A DNA stretch of 61,763 bases, the filler included, from Vermamoeba vermiformis (taxonomy: Eukaryota): the NCBI GenBank assembly GCA_045837725.1. It is 5 parts of 5 records of this genome, joined end to end, with 100 filler letters (N's around TTAATTAATTAA, not from the genome) between each part and the next. Parts side by side here need not be neighbours in the genome. Positions count along the whole stretch, not along the records: positions 9,401 to 39,374 come from JBEWZL010000229.1; 4 more parts are not named here. One strand, 5' to 3'. The notes beneath the pieces were generated by a model. The model saw nothing but the letters and a program-made list of their open reading frames with translations. It was not told the DNA's origin and searched no databases. This document shows, piece by piece, positions 9,401 to 26,000 of the stretch. A program made the position numbers and the translations under genes. Position 1 is the stretch's first letter; the number at the start of each line of letters is the position of its first letter.

Positions 9401-12327
9401 AATTAGCCGTTAATGGAAAATTGCAGATTACACGCCAAAAGTAACGTGGCCTGAGAATTTATCGGGCAACGTGCAGCTAAATAAATTTTTACCTGAAGTA
9501 GGCAATTTACTTTCATAGCTTTGTGAACGAACTTGCCCTCGAGAGGAAACCTTGTCTTGCCGTTCAATATGTTTAAGACCTTTTTCTCTCCTCGTCTCTG
9601 GATTCGACGGATCAAGCAACCGACGGAAAAAAATCTTAAAATTCCAGCTTACCAGAACACAATCGGACAGCTCGCTTGCATGGGATAAGATATAAAGCAA
9701 TTCTTTGACGTCTGCAGTCGGCGTAATCTCGGCAAAAACTTTCATGGTATCGAAATGGATCTGCATCCACAAATCTCAATATCTAAATCGTTCATGAAAC
9801 AAGGAAGCGGAACAACTTACACAAAATTTTGCCATCGACTTGCCAATCTCTGTTGCTTTGATGTCGCCTGGACCATTCATTTCAATCATACCCGCGTCTC
9901 GCAACTCATGCAGGCAATCGGTACACATTTCTAAAACATGACGCGTTAGATGTAATACAATTTTTGAAATGGTACCTTCAAGCTTCTTTTCTAAAACATC
10001 CTCGGTAAGGTTCCTCGGGAGGTTGTAATGCGTAGGATTTTTCTTGATCCGCACGAACAGGTAAGTCGATTTCAACCACTCAATGGCGCCTTCAATAGAC
10101 GTCAACGTCTCCAAGGATATTTCCGCATTCAAGTGTTCGATCATTCTCTTGTGCAAGCTATGCAAGTTAATACACAGGAATTCATGATAATCTCCAAACG
10201 TACTTGCTCTCAATGACTTGTTTACCGAACAGCAGAGTCTCGTACTTGAATTTGTTCTCCATTTTCGTCATGATGACAGCGCGAGCAAAAGTGTCAAACT
10301 GAGGACGGCCCGCACGGCCAACCATTTGGTGCACGGAGATTGGATTATACTCAACGAAACCTTGACCGCTCATCCACTGCTCAGTGGATTTTATGACCAC
10401 TAAGTGCGCGGGTAAGTTGACACCTTGGGCTCTGTACATCGAAGTCAGTAACAATGCGCAACTGAAAAGGTGATTTGTCGTACAAAGATGACGTCGAGAA
10501 CAGCACTTGAATGTCTTCTTTCAGAAACAGCTCTTCGACGAGCTTTCTGTTAGCGATATCCATACCGGCGTTGTGGTACGCAAGGCCTTTGGTGATGCAA
10601 TCTAAGAGACCGTTAGAAGTGAACTGTAACATATACAGTTACATACCGGCCAACGTCTTGTCGCTAGTCCTGCGACTAGCATCCAACAATCTCCGAGAGT
10701 GCTCGCGGTCCTTAATGAACGGATTGCCGCGGACTGAAAGGTCTTTGCCAAGTGAAGTGGCAGCCACCGATGTTCCCTTTCGAGACGAGCAGAACTAGCC
10801 CGAGTAAGCAATGTTTGTTGTGAGTATTATTCACTTACGACTAACGATGGTCTACCGTCGGAGTATTGGTTGATAACTTCGAACAATCTGAAGTTCAGGT
10901 TTCTATCGAACAGATACGCATTCTTCGCGTCTGGATAGCCAATCACCCGGATATCAAGCTGCGAAGATTAATATCACTCTGCCTGGCTTGCACACTATTG
11001 TTATTACCTTCACGGGTCTCCATTCGTCTGAGAATTTCTTCGTTGCGCTCTTGCTCACGTTCAACCAGATAGCAATATCGTCAATGTTTGGCACACTAGC
11101 GGAAAGTGCAATAAATCGTAGCCTGGCCGAGGAGGTGTTGGCCATCATTGACGACGAGCTGATCGTTTTCATTCTTAAACAAGTCATGTCAGCACTCGGG
11201 CAACCACTCTATGTGCCTACATACCTGCTAACTACCGCTTCCAATGTGGCACCTCTGTCCTCGTGCAACAAGTGCACTTCGTCGATGAGCAATAGTGCGA
11301 CTTGGCCGACTAAGTATTTGATCTCCTTCCACTTGCGCGTGATGCTATCCCACTTCTCTGGTGTGGTCAAGCTGAGAGAAAAGCGTCAGTTGATGCCGTC
11401 AATGAGCTATGGACATACATTACATCAGCCGACACTAGAGTTTGAGAGTTAATGTTCTCAGAGTCTCCTGTTAACTCCACACCTATGACCATACATTAGA
11501 CAACTCGGCGCATGACTGACTACGTACATTTGATCCCCAACGACCCAAACTTCTTCTGCCAGTCATCTAGCCTCTCTTGGCAAAGTGCTTTGATAGGCGC
11601 GAGGTAAATTATCTTTTGTTTGCCTTGAGGTCGAGCATCGAAGTTACCGTCCCTCACCTGCTTTTGAAACAAGCGGACCATCGCAAGCTCGAAACAAACT
11701 GTTTTTCCGCTGCCAGTAGGAGCTATCTACGAGTAAGTGTATTAATATATTTACTTAATTGACATGCCTCCAATCACGCAGTTGTCATCTGACTCGTACA
11801 AGGTGCTCCAACATTCTGGATTGCTATGTTAGGACGAACTCGCATATCACCAAACTATGATATACCTGATTGAATAAGATTGAAGTAATCGTATGGAAAG
11901 ATCGGCTGAAAGACAGGCGGCAATCGAGTGACTTCAATGCAGTTTTTCGGCTTCGGTAGTCGTTGAACTTGACGAGTTGGGTGTGGATCGGGTTGGCTGT
12001 AAGTTGGTTCTGTAGGGAATTCTTCGATGGGATCTGAATAGCCGTTAGGTTGCTACTCTAACGTTTGAAGCACTTACCGTCCTCCCAGGAAGGTTGACTA
12101 GAACGGATCGGCCTTTGTTGTACTTGCGGCTTCTTGAATGGAGGTGACGGCATTACTAACGACGGCGATTGGAGTTCGTGATCACTATTATGTAATTAGC
12201 AACAAACGAAAGTACGTAACGTGCTGCAGACTTACTCAAAGCGAAACTCGTCGTCAATTTCATCGTAGTTCGCTCTGCTGTCAGTCAGCGGTACATCCTC
12301 GTCCAATTCAAGGTCCCAGAAGGACAT
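9401..12327 (-). CDS. HFM1: Meiotic Ski2-like DExH helicase MER3/HFM1 (3' truncated by contig end)
   Basis: Motifs APTGSGKT, LLIDEVH, ALSASVPN, AYHNAG, AQGVNLPAHLVVIKST, QMVGRAGRPQFD, followed by a winged-helix/Sec63 region. Many introns. Confidence 0.85.
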
Positions 12328-12550
12328 TTATGCGTAGTACTACGTAGTGTGGTCGCTATAGAAGGAAAGGAAAAGAAAATAGGAGTTCGTGTACTGGAAA
12401 CAAAATTCTGCTGTTGAAATTTGCCTGTCAAAAATTAGAAATTTGACGGTCAAATTCGGTAGCAATATGGCGCGCTCCAACTTCTGCCTACGCACAAGTG
12501 ATTAAAATTCGCATTTATTGATATATATTAAATAATTAACGATGTGGTAC

Positions 12551-13792
12551 TTAATGGTCATGGCCGATGAACAATCTAATGAAACATAATAAGGTAACGC
12601 CCAATACCAAACTAATGAACTTGGTCCACCTAATTCGTTTCTTCTTTACATCATGGAATTCATCGCCAACCACTTCAGTAGCACCTATGTACAAAAACGA
12701 TCCCTTGGAGTGCGTTAGATCAGGTCGAATGGAATTACAGCAGCGAACTTACTAAAGCTATAGCATTGAAAATAACGGGCACGATAGAATTTTGTAGCTC
12801 ATTTGAGATCAAATAGCCAATGAGAGTTCCGAGAGGAGTAATCAATGCAAACAAGGCTATGATGAAGATTGCGAACTTCGTAGAGGCTCGTGCTTTGATA
12901 GAGACTAGTCCTAATGACAACGACTCTACCCATTTATGCGACAAAATTGCCGAGGAAATTGCAAGGACATCAGAGCGACTAGAGAAGAAGTCAGTAACGG
13001 AGAATATTCAAGTTGGTACTATTACCTCTCTTGAACGCCCAAGACCAACCCTTCGAATAAGGAGTGCACTGACAATACAGCGAGCAAGAGGATTGGTGTT
13101 AACTTCGACACGGTATTATGAGAATGCTCCTGCGAGTTGATGTTCGGGTTTGCATTAACAGGCTTAGCTGTATGATCGTGCCTGTTCTTCACGAGCGGAG
13201 AATTCTCGTCACTTGGGGGCTGTGGAGTTGGCGAGTCCAGCGCCTACACAATAATAATGTTAGTTATAAAGTCCTTCATAAAACATTTAAAATGGTCATA
13301 CGGGGTTATGATGCTCGGGGTGGTGATGAGGGTGATGCTTAATCTTATAAAACTCATCGCCGTGGTGATGATGGTGCTCTTCGTGGTGATGATTATGGCT
13401 AAATGCAACACGCTCAAGACACAGCAAAACTAAGTATCCGAGTAGCACTAATAGAAATCCAAAAGGGAAGTCTTGAGAGCCAACATTCAAGTGCTCGATA
13501 TCATGCATTAATTCAGGAAGCATATGAATAAATGCTGTCGCTAGAAATACGCCACCACCAAAAGCCTGTGGATCCAATAAAAAAATAATCAATTAAATTG
13601 GAATATAACCCGATTAATACGTCCAAACAATAATTTAAATATTCTTTAACTTACGTTTGCGATCCCGATGAAGTTCTTGTGCGTCACAAACAAGCCAACG
13701 AAGAACTGAGGTATTGCCCCCGAAACAAATGACAACAAGAAAATTAGACCACCAAATAGAGCCTTATATCCGAGTTCATTTTGTGCTTCCAT
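12551..13792 (-). CDS. ZIP (SLC39) zinc/iron transporter
   Basis: AFGGGVFLATAFIHMLPE, His-rich loop, HSLFEG, HKWVES, ITPLG. Confidence 0.92.
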
Positions 13793-14198
13793 GCCAGAAC
13801 TACGAGAGAATAAATTAAATAAATAAACTATCGATCAGATTTTGATCAGATACGGCACGGAGCGGTTTGCACACAGCACGCCGCTCATGTTGAACTATAA
13901 AATTAAAGATTGCTTTTGATCGCCGGACTTACCCTTTATTGTGGAGCCCTGCTCAAACTGCAAAAAAAATTGCCCTGAAAAATGTTCCAGGGCTAGATGT
14001 GATCCCACCCCAGCCTACAAACGCGTACCAAAATACTAAAGTATGTCCTGAATGTGATTTATTCAATCTTTTACAGAAAATTTTCGAATAATAAGTTAAT
14101 TAACAAAAAATCAGATCTCGAAGTTGAAAAAAAGGCTTTGACCGCTCTCTTTCTTCCAACAATTAATATTAATAAATTAAGGGGCAATTAAGGGGCTC

Positions 14199-16768
<2,570 letters not shown>

Positions 16769-17371
16769 CTTTTATCCGCTCTTCTGTATTTTTGTTTCTT
16801 GTTGATAGACCAGAACAAACAAAATTATAAACCCTTTATATATGGTGGTTACACGGGTTTACTGCCGGATAATAGAATAACTTTCGTTCGAAAAAAACAA
16901 CGGAGGTTTTCCTTCGCCTTTTCAGCCGTGATTTTTCAGGCCAAATTTATTCAGCCATTTGTATGACTACTATTCGCTCGGTTACCACCACAACGATACG
17001 TATTGAATAGTGTGCGTATGAATTATCGCATGGTGTTATCCTGGTGTTTAGATCGCCTCAGCGCATCGTCATCCTGCAACGGTTAGATTTGGCAATCAGC
17101 GTTCGTGTGACAGCTTTTTTATGCATAGAATTTGAAAAGGAGAAATATTTTTAACCATTCATATCATTTTGAGCCGCTGCAAGGTCTCAGCATTGCGACA
17201 AAATTAATTGGTCGCGATCAGCTTTACTCCCATGGTCAACGTGTAAGTACAAAGACCCGAATACAATGCAATATATATTGCGATGTCGTTATGTATTTGT
17301 ATTTTATTCTGCTGTTCACCACTAGCAAGGCCGTGATCGAGAGACCCAAAAACTATTTTCTTCAACTCACA

Positions 17372-17644
17372 ATGGCACGAACAAAACAGACCGCTCGTAA
17401 ATCTACAGGCGGTCGTGCTATCCCAAAGACCACCCAAGGTGGTGGTAAGAACAAACGGCAAGCCAAAGCAGTTGGAAAGTTCAGATCAACCTTCAACATC
17501 TCAGAAGACGAGAAGAAAATCCTTGGTGTATTTTTAGAGCACGTAGTTAAGGACGTAGTAGCTAAGAGTAACAAAAAGTCCGTGGAGAAAGAGGATGTGA
17601 CTGCAGCTGTAAAGAGGCAAGGCAAGCAACTGTACAATTATTAA
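17372..17644 (+). CDS. Chimeric histone-like protein: H3 N-terminal tail plus H4-like C-terminal helices (90 aa)
   Basis: MARTKQTARKSTGG (H3 tail), then ILGVFLEHVVKD...DVTAAVKRQGKQLY, matching H4 VLKVFLENVIRD...DVVYALKRQGRTLY. Confidence 0.85.
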   Translation: MARTKQTARKSTGGRAIPKTTQGGGKNKRQAKAVGKFRSTFNISEDEKKILGVFLEHVVKDVVAKSNKKSVEKEDVTAAVKRQGKQLYNY

Positions 17645-17992
17645 ATATTCAAATCAATCTTCATATTAATATTATTAAGATTTTATTAGAATTTTTTTTT
17701 GGCTGGCGCAGTTGAAGTCATTAATCAACAATTTTTCGACTAAAAACTACGGCCAGCGATTTTCAGGCGCATAATTTTATTATCATTATGAGTCTATTCT
17801 TTTGATCGATCCCTTCTTTTACGCCAGCGTAATTGTTTCGTCGAGAAGGGTACACTACTGCCCTACTTAGGGCTAAGCCCAAGTTGCACGTTGTTTCAGT
17901 TTCTCGCAGGTTAAAACGGGCGGCCGCGGTAACAGAATTTCAGTCGCTCAAGACGCTCTTCATGTCTCCTAATGATAATTCGATACTAGGAC

Positions 17993-19035
17993 TTATACAT
18001 TGTTAGGTTTGTCTTCAATCTTGTTGCCCAAATATCGTCGTTCATAATCGTTCAAAGTAGTGTCGTTACACGAGCTTAGTGCGATGTTTGAAAGGGCTTC
18101 TCGCGAGTCTAGAGACTTTCCTAGAGTCATATAGTTAGAATACGAGTAAGTTATTGAGTTTGTGTAGATAAGAAGCGGATCTGTTTTACCTTCTGAATAA
18201 TGGAAAGTAAACTCAATTTGGTAGAGAAATGTAGCAGGTTCTTTCACGATAGACGATATTTGCCAAATGTCTATGATGGGTTGAGTATACCGCGACTTCT
18301 TTATCCGATAATTGTGGTTCCAATCTTTCAAAAGTTGACGGATCTCGTCAAAAGTTCGGTCCCATCGGATTCCAACATCATTCCAGGCCCTAGTTAATAC
18401 AATTATATTAGGCCTATATCAAGCGAGGTGCAATTTGAGGAAAGCAACGCGGACAGTGTTGCATTAAGGATCTTACTTCGGAATTATGGATCCGTTCCGG
18501 ACGAACCACATCATGTTGAAGTGATCGCTGTTTCTACACCAAAATTTGACGCGCCTAACAGTGACAAATCGAGGTAAATGACCTAAGGCCGCTTCTGGAG
18601 CCTTGGTAAGCTCTTCAAGCTTTGTTTTTCCGATCGCGAAACCATGGAGAGGAAAGAGTGCTGGTTTGTCTGTAAAAAAAAGTAAATATATTTAGTACGG
18701 TAAATACTGCAGCCATCCGTAGCCAGATCCACCTTTTTTTATCGCGATCGAAATTTAATTTGGGACACAAGCTTTTCGAAAGGCTTTTGGTATCATAAAT
18801 AGGTATATCGAATCTTACCTTTATAATAGTAATTCTTAAATGGCTGTATCGGAGGTCGGTAGTGAGCATCTGACTCGAGATATTTTTGTTGACACTTTAT
18901 TCGCCATACTGCGCTCTTGTTATCAAGAGAAATTCTTGAAAATAATTTTGATACACGTGGTATTGATATATCGAGTGTTTTGTCATCTACTAACACCAAG
19001 ATTGCCTCCAATAGTTCGATCGGCATCTGCTCCAT
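17993..19035 (-). CDS. F-box protein (spliced, 3' end uncertain)
   Basis: N-terminal MPIELLEAILVLVD...RVSKLF...W F-box pattern. Confidence 0.65.
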
Positions 19036-19852
19036 TTGTTGGCAGGTTTCAAATCTGATTAAAGTTTTTGTATAGTTGTATCATACATCAAGCGAATATA
19101 CTCCTTGCTTTTCTGGTTTGTTTTGTTTTTTTTGGGACGCAATGTCACCCGTTTCATTTTTAGGTGCATTGTTTCAAACACAAATGCAATCTGCAACACG
19201 AGTAAGAGACAATTTAATTCACAAAATATATATTTAAAAATATTTTATCCATGTAAGTACAGGTTAATCTGACAATAAGCCTTGTTTTATATCGATCTAA
19301 ATACTCACAGTGCAATTCTGAGTCTTGTTTTGCTGGAGCACGAATATCAATAACCTCTAGGTAGTCCCGATTTCATTTGAACTGATTCATTAGCATAGAA
19401 AACGTAAGGGATACCTTGTTGTTGAACGGAGCTTCGTGGGCGTCTAAAAGACTTTGTGTTACGGTCAAATTGCTGTTCGTTCCAGGTTGTTGGCACGGCT
19501 CTCTATTGTAAATTGGCTTGTTTCTCATCCATACAAATAATAAATTGAATAAGGCAAGTCCGTTGGAATTCTAAGTGGCCAAGAATTCGATTATTCGACC
19601 ATTTTTCTTGTGCGAAAGCACAAGCACGTAAATGCCAACTGATACGCACTTGGTCACATATTTAAAATAACAAGTTTATTGGTTCTATCACATAAGGTAC
19701 GTGCTCTGTGACAGAGCACATTTAATTTAAAAAAGCTGTTCACAAGATCTAAATTAACGTCAATAATGCAAAAATATTAAATAAGGGTCAATTATTATAT
19801 TCACTACGTATTTATTTCATGACTGGCTAATTATTTTAATTAAAGAAGGAAC

Positions 19853-21727
19853 ATGGAAGATTCTCTTGATCTGCCCTTTGATATTATTGCAATAATATTG
19901 GCGTTTATCCCCGAAAATAGACGATATTTTTGCCGATTAGTGAATAAGGCATGGCTTGCTTGGGTCGATAGTTCAATAACCCAAATAGATCTGTCAACGC
20001 GGAATGTTCTAGAAATATTTACGTATTATATGGATAATCCGATTATACGTGCTAATGCTGAAAAAATCAGCAGAGCAGAACGAATTTTAATGACTGCAGC
20101 ACGCAGATTCACAAATTTGAAGAAGATCAAACTTGGAGCTGAACCAAAATCAGTTCGTGAGACATACATAGGATATCCTTCTGTATTAGGAGTCGAGCAA
20201 AATCACGATTATGGCGTTGATCATCCTTTGTACACTTCGTTCGCCAAAAAACGTGCGTTGGATGACTTTGCACCAATTCTACAAGACGTCAGTGAGGCTA
20301 TAAATAGACACAAAACATATACAGACACTCTACTATGGTCCAGCTTCAGCTTGAAGCGAGTGCGAGATGATATAGATCCTATGGTTTTTGTCCACTTAGT
20401 CAAAAACTGTCCAGTAAGCACGCATTTATTCCGCCAAAATTTTGCTAATTAGACATTAGAAACTCACAGAATTGCAATTATACGGCATTGCGCGAGTCAC
20501 TGACGATATTTTAGCGGTAAGCAATGACAACTGTCTTCAAATTTATAAATCCTTTTTTCGTGCGCTGGATCCGGATCTCAGAATATCCATTGCCCTGTCT
20601 TAGTGCCATACCGATACATTCGGCTAATTGATATAATGACACTGGCATTCCCGCGGGAATGATCACTTCTCCTTTTATGGAGGATCCATGTGACTATGAT
20701 ACGAAGTAGCAGTGGTCGAGATTCATTCCTCCGACGTAGAAAAGGATAAAATTAATTGTACGCGAGCTAACGTTGTCCTATTAATACTGTAGGCTATTGT
20801 GGACTTACGACCGAATATCAAGCAACTTAATCTTATCAACACGTCTGTATCAATTTTGGGCCTCGAGTACGCACTCAACAGATTGCCTAATTTGGAAAGT
20901 CTATCGATTGGCAGAACGATATCTTCGGGCTATTTGTTGTGCTCACCGCACAAAAATTTTCCCGCCAATGCGATGCTGAAGCTCAAAGACCTTGAAGTTT
21001 GGAAGAAATTGCGAAAATTCAGAGTTTCGTACTTAAATATACAAGACATGACTCCGTTGTTTTCTGCGTGCACAAATTTGGTGAAATTTCATGACGTAGG
21101 CGTCAACGCAACACTTTTGCCGTACAAAATGTCGTTCTCGAATCTCACGAGCTTAGACATCGAAGTGTCTCATTTTGACGTCGAAACGTTTATCAGAAAA
21201 CACCCTCAGTTGGAGCACGTGTACCTCCGAGGTATTGTTTCCTTTTTTGGTAACTTTTCGTTTCTAACTAGTACCCGACAGGCAATGTCGAAAACGGGCA
21301 CCTTAATGCCATTACAAATACTGTGGTCAAATTGACAAAGCTCCGAATCAGCGTGTATTACGATGCTGAAATTTCCAACGAGGCACTTCATGCAGTACTA
21401 CTGAAACACGCAAAAACTTTGAAAAGTCTAGAGCTCTGCTGCATCCGAACAATAGACCCTAGTGCACTAGATGTCAAGCTGCCATCGCTGAAAACTTTAG
21501 TTGTCAAACAGTGTAGCAAGATAAGCGGCTCAGACGTAGCAAAGTTCGTCCCTCGCATTGTTGGTGATATCGCGTACACGGATTGCATAACGGATCTACT
21601 CGCGATGGATGTATCCAAGTTAGATAACGGAGTTAATACGTATCAGAAGTTCCATTATTACGACGAGAAGAATGGATTTGACTTGCGTACTGAAATCGGT
21701 TCGCCATTCGATCCGGCTGACTGGTAA
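19853..21727 (+). CDS. F-box/LRR protein
   Basis: LPFDIIAIILAFI...CRLVNKAW F-box, followed by LxxLxL repeats across spliced ORFs. Confidence 0.8.
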
Positions 21728-22055
21728 ATTTTAGACCTAATAATGTTACTTTTCTGTCGAAGGATTTTGTTTGGGGGGGGCAGGGGAGAAGGGAAAAAAC
21801 AAAGGAATGTCCGGCGAAAAGAAGAATCACCACAATAGATAGGAGAAGCATCACCCAGGGGACGGAAAAGTGGGCCCGAGGAAAGGGATCCCCGGGGGCC
21901 GGAAAACAAAAAAAATTTTCTGGCCAATTTTGTACGGGCTGAGCCGGAAAACGTAGTTTTACTTCTCTAGGCACTCTTAGATTGCTCTGCTATCCTTAAT
22001 TAGAAAACATTTAAAAAAAAAAAAACAAACTTGGTCAGATTCAGAAATTTTTTTA

Positions 22056-22892
22056 TTACTGGCTGAAATCCACAATAGTTAAGCGCGTTAGCTTCTCGGC
22101 TAGATCAACTTTTTTGTAGTACTTTCGTGCAGGCTTGGAGGTAAAATACAGCTCTTGTAAGCTGGTCAATTTCGTTAAGTGAATGCCTTTCACTGAATGC
22201 GATCTTTTCATTGACAAGCGAGTCAACTTGGTTAATATAGAGAGTGACTCTATTACCTCTTCAGAATTGACTTGCCAAACTTCCAACAGCTCGAGATCCG
22301 TTAAATGGGTCAACAGATCCCAAAGCTTTTCTGTTCGTGTATACTTAGTGAGGCATAAATGCCTTAATGGGAGTCTATTTAGGACCGTTGGGTTATTCTG
22401 AAAAATTTCGGTTGGCACGTTAATGTGCAAAAGTGTCAATCGTGTAAATTGCAAATGTCATCGTAAAGCGTTTGGGAAGCTGCGGTGTATAATGATAAAT
22501 TTTCCAAATTAGGCAAGTTCTTTATCGTGATGTGCTCATTCATTTGGATTCTATCATCGTTGTTAATAGTAGGGTAGATCTGCAGCACTTTCAAGTTAGT
22601 CAAGTTGGATAATCACTGTGAATCGATCTGAATCAGGCGTTTGTGTTAATAAATATAGATTGGTTAGATTCACTAAGCTATTCAATGCGTCATAACTTCT
22701 AGGATTTCCATTTTCTAAAACTTCACTGATCTTTGGATTCAATAACGTCGTCAAGTTTGATAAATGATCCAAATTAGCGCTTTCACGGGCATTCGAAACT
22801 GCCAAACTAGTTATTTTCTGAGAATTTAAATATTGAAGTCTGTTTGTTGAAGTGGGAGTGAATTCAGTTCTGAGACTTTCCAGTTCACCCAA
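22056..22892 (-). pseudogene. Frameshifted LRR gene fragment
   Basis: The LTxLxxL repeat pattern continues across two frameshifts near 22610 and 22455, with no clear start. Confidence 0.55.
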
Positions 22893-23050
22893 AGATTTTT
22901 AACGGGTATTAGGAGACACCTTTTTGGATGGTTTTTACCATGATAAGATAATGAGTATACTATTATTGTTATAGTTAGTTTGACATTAATTTGTGGATTG
23001 TGTTCGTTAGTAATGAAACAAAGATTTATTTACAATTTCAACATCCGGTT

Positions 23051-26000
23051 TTATCGACCGTAGCTTCTCTTGCGCATATCAACGACTTTATATTTCTTCT
23101 TGCCCCAGCGGATTTTAACGTGATCGGAAGTATTGTACAAGTCACTTTCTTCGTGGTAATGAAATCCGGATCGAGGACAACGTTGGACGAATCCCAAGCC
23201 TCGATCGGTCAAGTTAAATATATTGAAACTATTATACATTATATAGTTAGTATATGAAGATACAAATAATCGAGTAAGACTTACTTTGGATTAAATTTTG
23301 GTGCAATTACAACTGCGATCGCTTCAGGGAACAAAGACTACAAAGAATAACATTAGATATGATAATAATATTAATATATAGTGCTAATTAATACGTACTT
23401 GATAACTGCATTGCGTGTGTAAATCGACGCTGCTCAAAAAGCATGACTGAGTTGGATGCGTCTAGCGAAGTTTACGCATTAGTGCCATACTTAGCAATTA
23501 TAATATAGGACTCTTATATACTTACATGTATCCACCCCAACGTTAACAAATCATTCTTCATTTGGAAATCGAAAATTTCTTCCTCGTCTGTCGTGGCGCA
23601 CGTGTCAGAAGTACCGACTTGCTTTGGGATCATCAAGCACGTGACTTGAAACACTTCATTAATTTCATCCTACATTAAGTCACATTAGCACTACTAGCCT
23701 ATGAGTATATATTATTATACTTACTAGGACACCACAAAGTATACCACACGTTTCAATGCCTCGCGAAGTGTTCGGTTCAGCGTGATCCATGAACGAATTG
23801 AACAACTCGCCGTCAACCTCCATAGGTCTCAATCCACCTAATAAATGTTAGTATAGCCCTATATTATAATGATAATAGTAGTACCTATGAGCTTTGCCGG
23901 TTTCTTTTTAATGATTTCAGGCACTTTTTCAGGTTGTTTTGGTTTGGCAGGTTCTTTGACGGGTGCCTCCGCTGTAATTTGCAAATTAGGCAAGATACCG
24001 CCCTATACTCACTATTAGTACTCAGCATATACTCAACCAACCCATCCTACCGTCTTATTGGTCTGATAAATGTTTTGGAACTGTTGTTCTTGGTACTGCA
24101 GTTGCTGCTGTTTGTTCAAGCCAAGGGTCTTCACAGCATTGGTCGCGGTCGGTAAGTTCAAGTTGTAAGGTCTAAACACGACAGGTACGCCGTAGATGAC
24201 AGGGAACGGAGACTGTGCTTGTTGAAGTTGCTGTTGTAGCTGCTGCAATTGTTGCGGGGATTGAGTACTGGGCGGCATTGGCAATGGTGCGTGTTGCGGG
24301 ACCAATTGATTCGAGGCTGTGCTTGGTAACTTCGCTGCAGGTGGTGGCAATGGTTGCATGCGTGAGGCACTCTGATTAGGCGATGAAACCGATTTCGATT
24401 GAGGCTGCGGCATTGCTTGAGGCAACGGCAAAGGTGCCTGTTTCGGCGCTGTCACTGGGCTTGACACGACTTTAGCCGCGGTCGTGCCACTCTTATTGCC
24501 ATTGCTGCCGTGACTGTGCGCGTGATCGTGACCGCTGTGATCATGCGGGTGTTGCTGGACACCGTAAAGTTGTTGCATCAATTGGTAGTACTGCACGTAT
24601 TGCTGTTGCAGTCGTTGTTGTTCCGTGACTTGTTGCTGCAACAACTCAATTTGCTGTTTTTGTTGCTCTAGCTGCATTTGAATTTCTTTCGGCACAGCGT
24701 TTGACGTGTCATTGCTCGACTTTAGTGACTTGGTCCTGTGCTTATCTTTGGACTTGGGCTTCTTCTCTTTCTTGTCTTTGTTCTCGACGGCCTTGGGCAG
24801 CACGGGCATGGCAGCTTCTTCAACACGAGGGAAGTTATAGAGACTCGGGTTATTGTCTTTAACGAGGTTCGATAAGTTGTTGCCAATAGCAGTCTTGTTG
24901 TCATTCTTAGCCTAATAAATAAACGGTTAGTAAAATTGACTACATGAAAGGGTATTTGTTAGCCTTACCTCAGTGAGTGCTGAAGGAATGGACTTTGGTG
25001 CGCTTTTGGACTCTTCAATAAAGTTCTTCAGTTCCGAGAAAACTTCAGTGCCTTTGCTCGTGTCTTCCATTGGCGGGGCTGAAGGTTGTGCGCCCAACAT
25101 CAACTCGAGCTGTTGACTGTCAGCCTTTGCTTTGGCCGCTGCTAACAACTGCTCTTTGTCGTCTTTGACGACTGGCGCAGGCTGTTGCGAGGCAGTTTTT
25201 TGAACGACGGGAATGGCTTGCTGATTGACAGGTGTCAAAGGGTTGACTGTCGGTGTTTTCACGGTCGGTGGAGTGACATTTTTGACAGGTGCTGGTGCGG
25301 GTGTTGTGACAGCTGCTTTTTGTTCTTGTTTCTTTTCTTCGACCATCTTCACTAATGAATCGTAACTAGGCGGCGGGCCAAGTTTTTCTTGCTTGTTGTC
25401 TTTGACAATTTCCTTTTTAGGACGTACTGCCACCATTGAATCTCCATTCGCCTGCGTGGTAGCCTTTGGCGGACTTTTATCGCGCTTTTCGTTGCCGTTA
25501 TTTACATGCGCGAATACGTCCACGAAAGTACTGTCAAATGATTGTGGCAAAAATTCTATCGGCTCGGAGGGCTTTGGCACTGGCACGATTTTGCCGCTGT
25601 ATATTGTGTCGTTCATTTGCTTATCAAACATGGCAAGTTGTTGCACCATCAGCTCTTCATTAAGCAATTGAACATTAGCCTCGGGGTTATTATGTTGTTC
25701 GATATGTCCATTTGCGGTGCTATTCTTCTCGTGAGTCAGATCCGATGTCGGAATTTTCACTTCTTCGATGATTAATTGCTCTGGTGCTGGAGGTCTGAAA
25801 AGAATTGAATTCGTGAAATCTTCCAATGACAAGTTCACGCCGTGGTCTTCTTTCTTATTACTATTCTTGTTGTCATATATAATGCCTTCCATCAAACTAT
25901 TCGTGCTCCAAGTGGCGCTGGCTAACGCATCCACGTCCAACCCGTTATTTGCATTAGTGTTATTGCTATTTATAAGTGAGGATAATCCGCTGCTCGGCGC

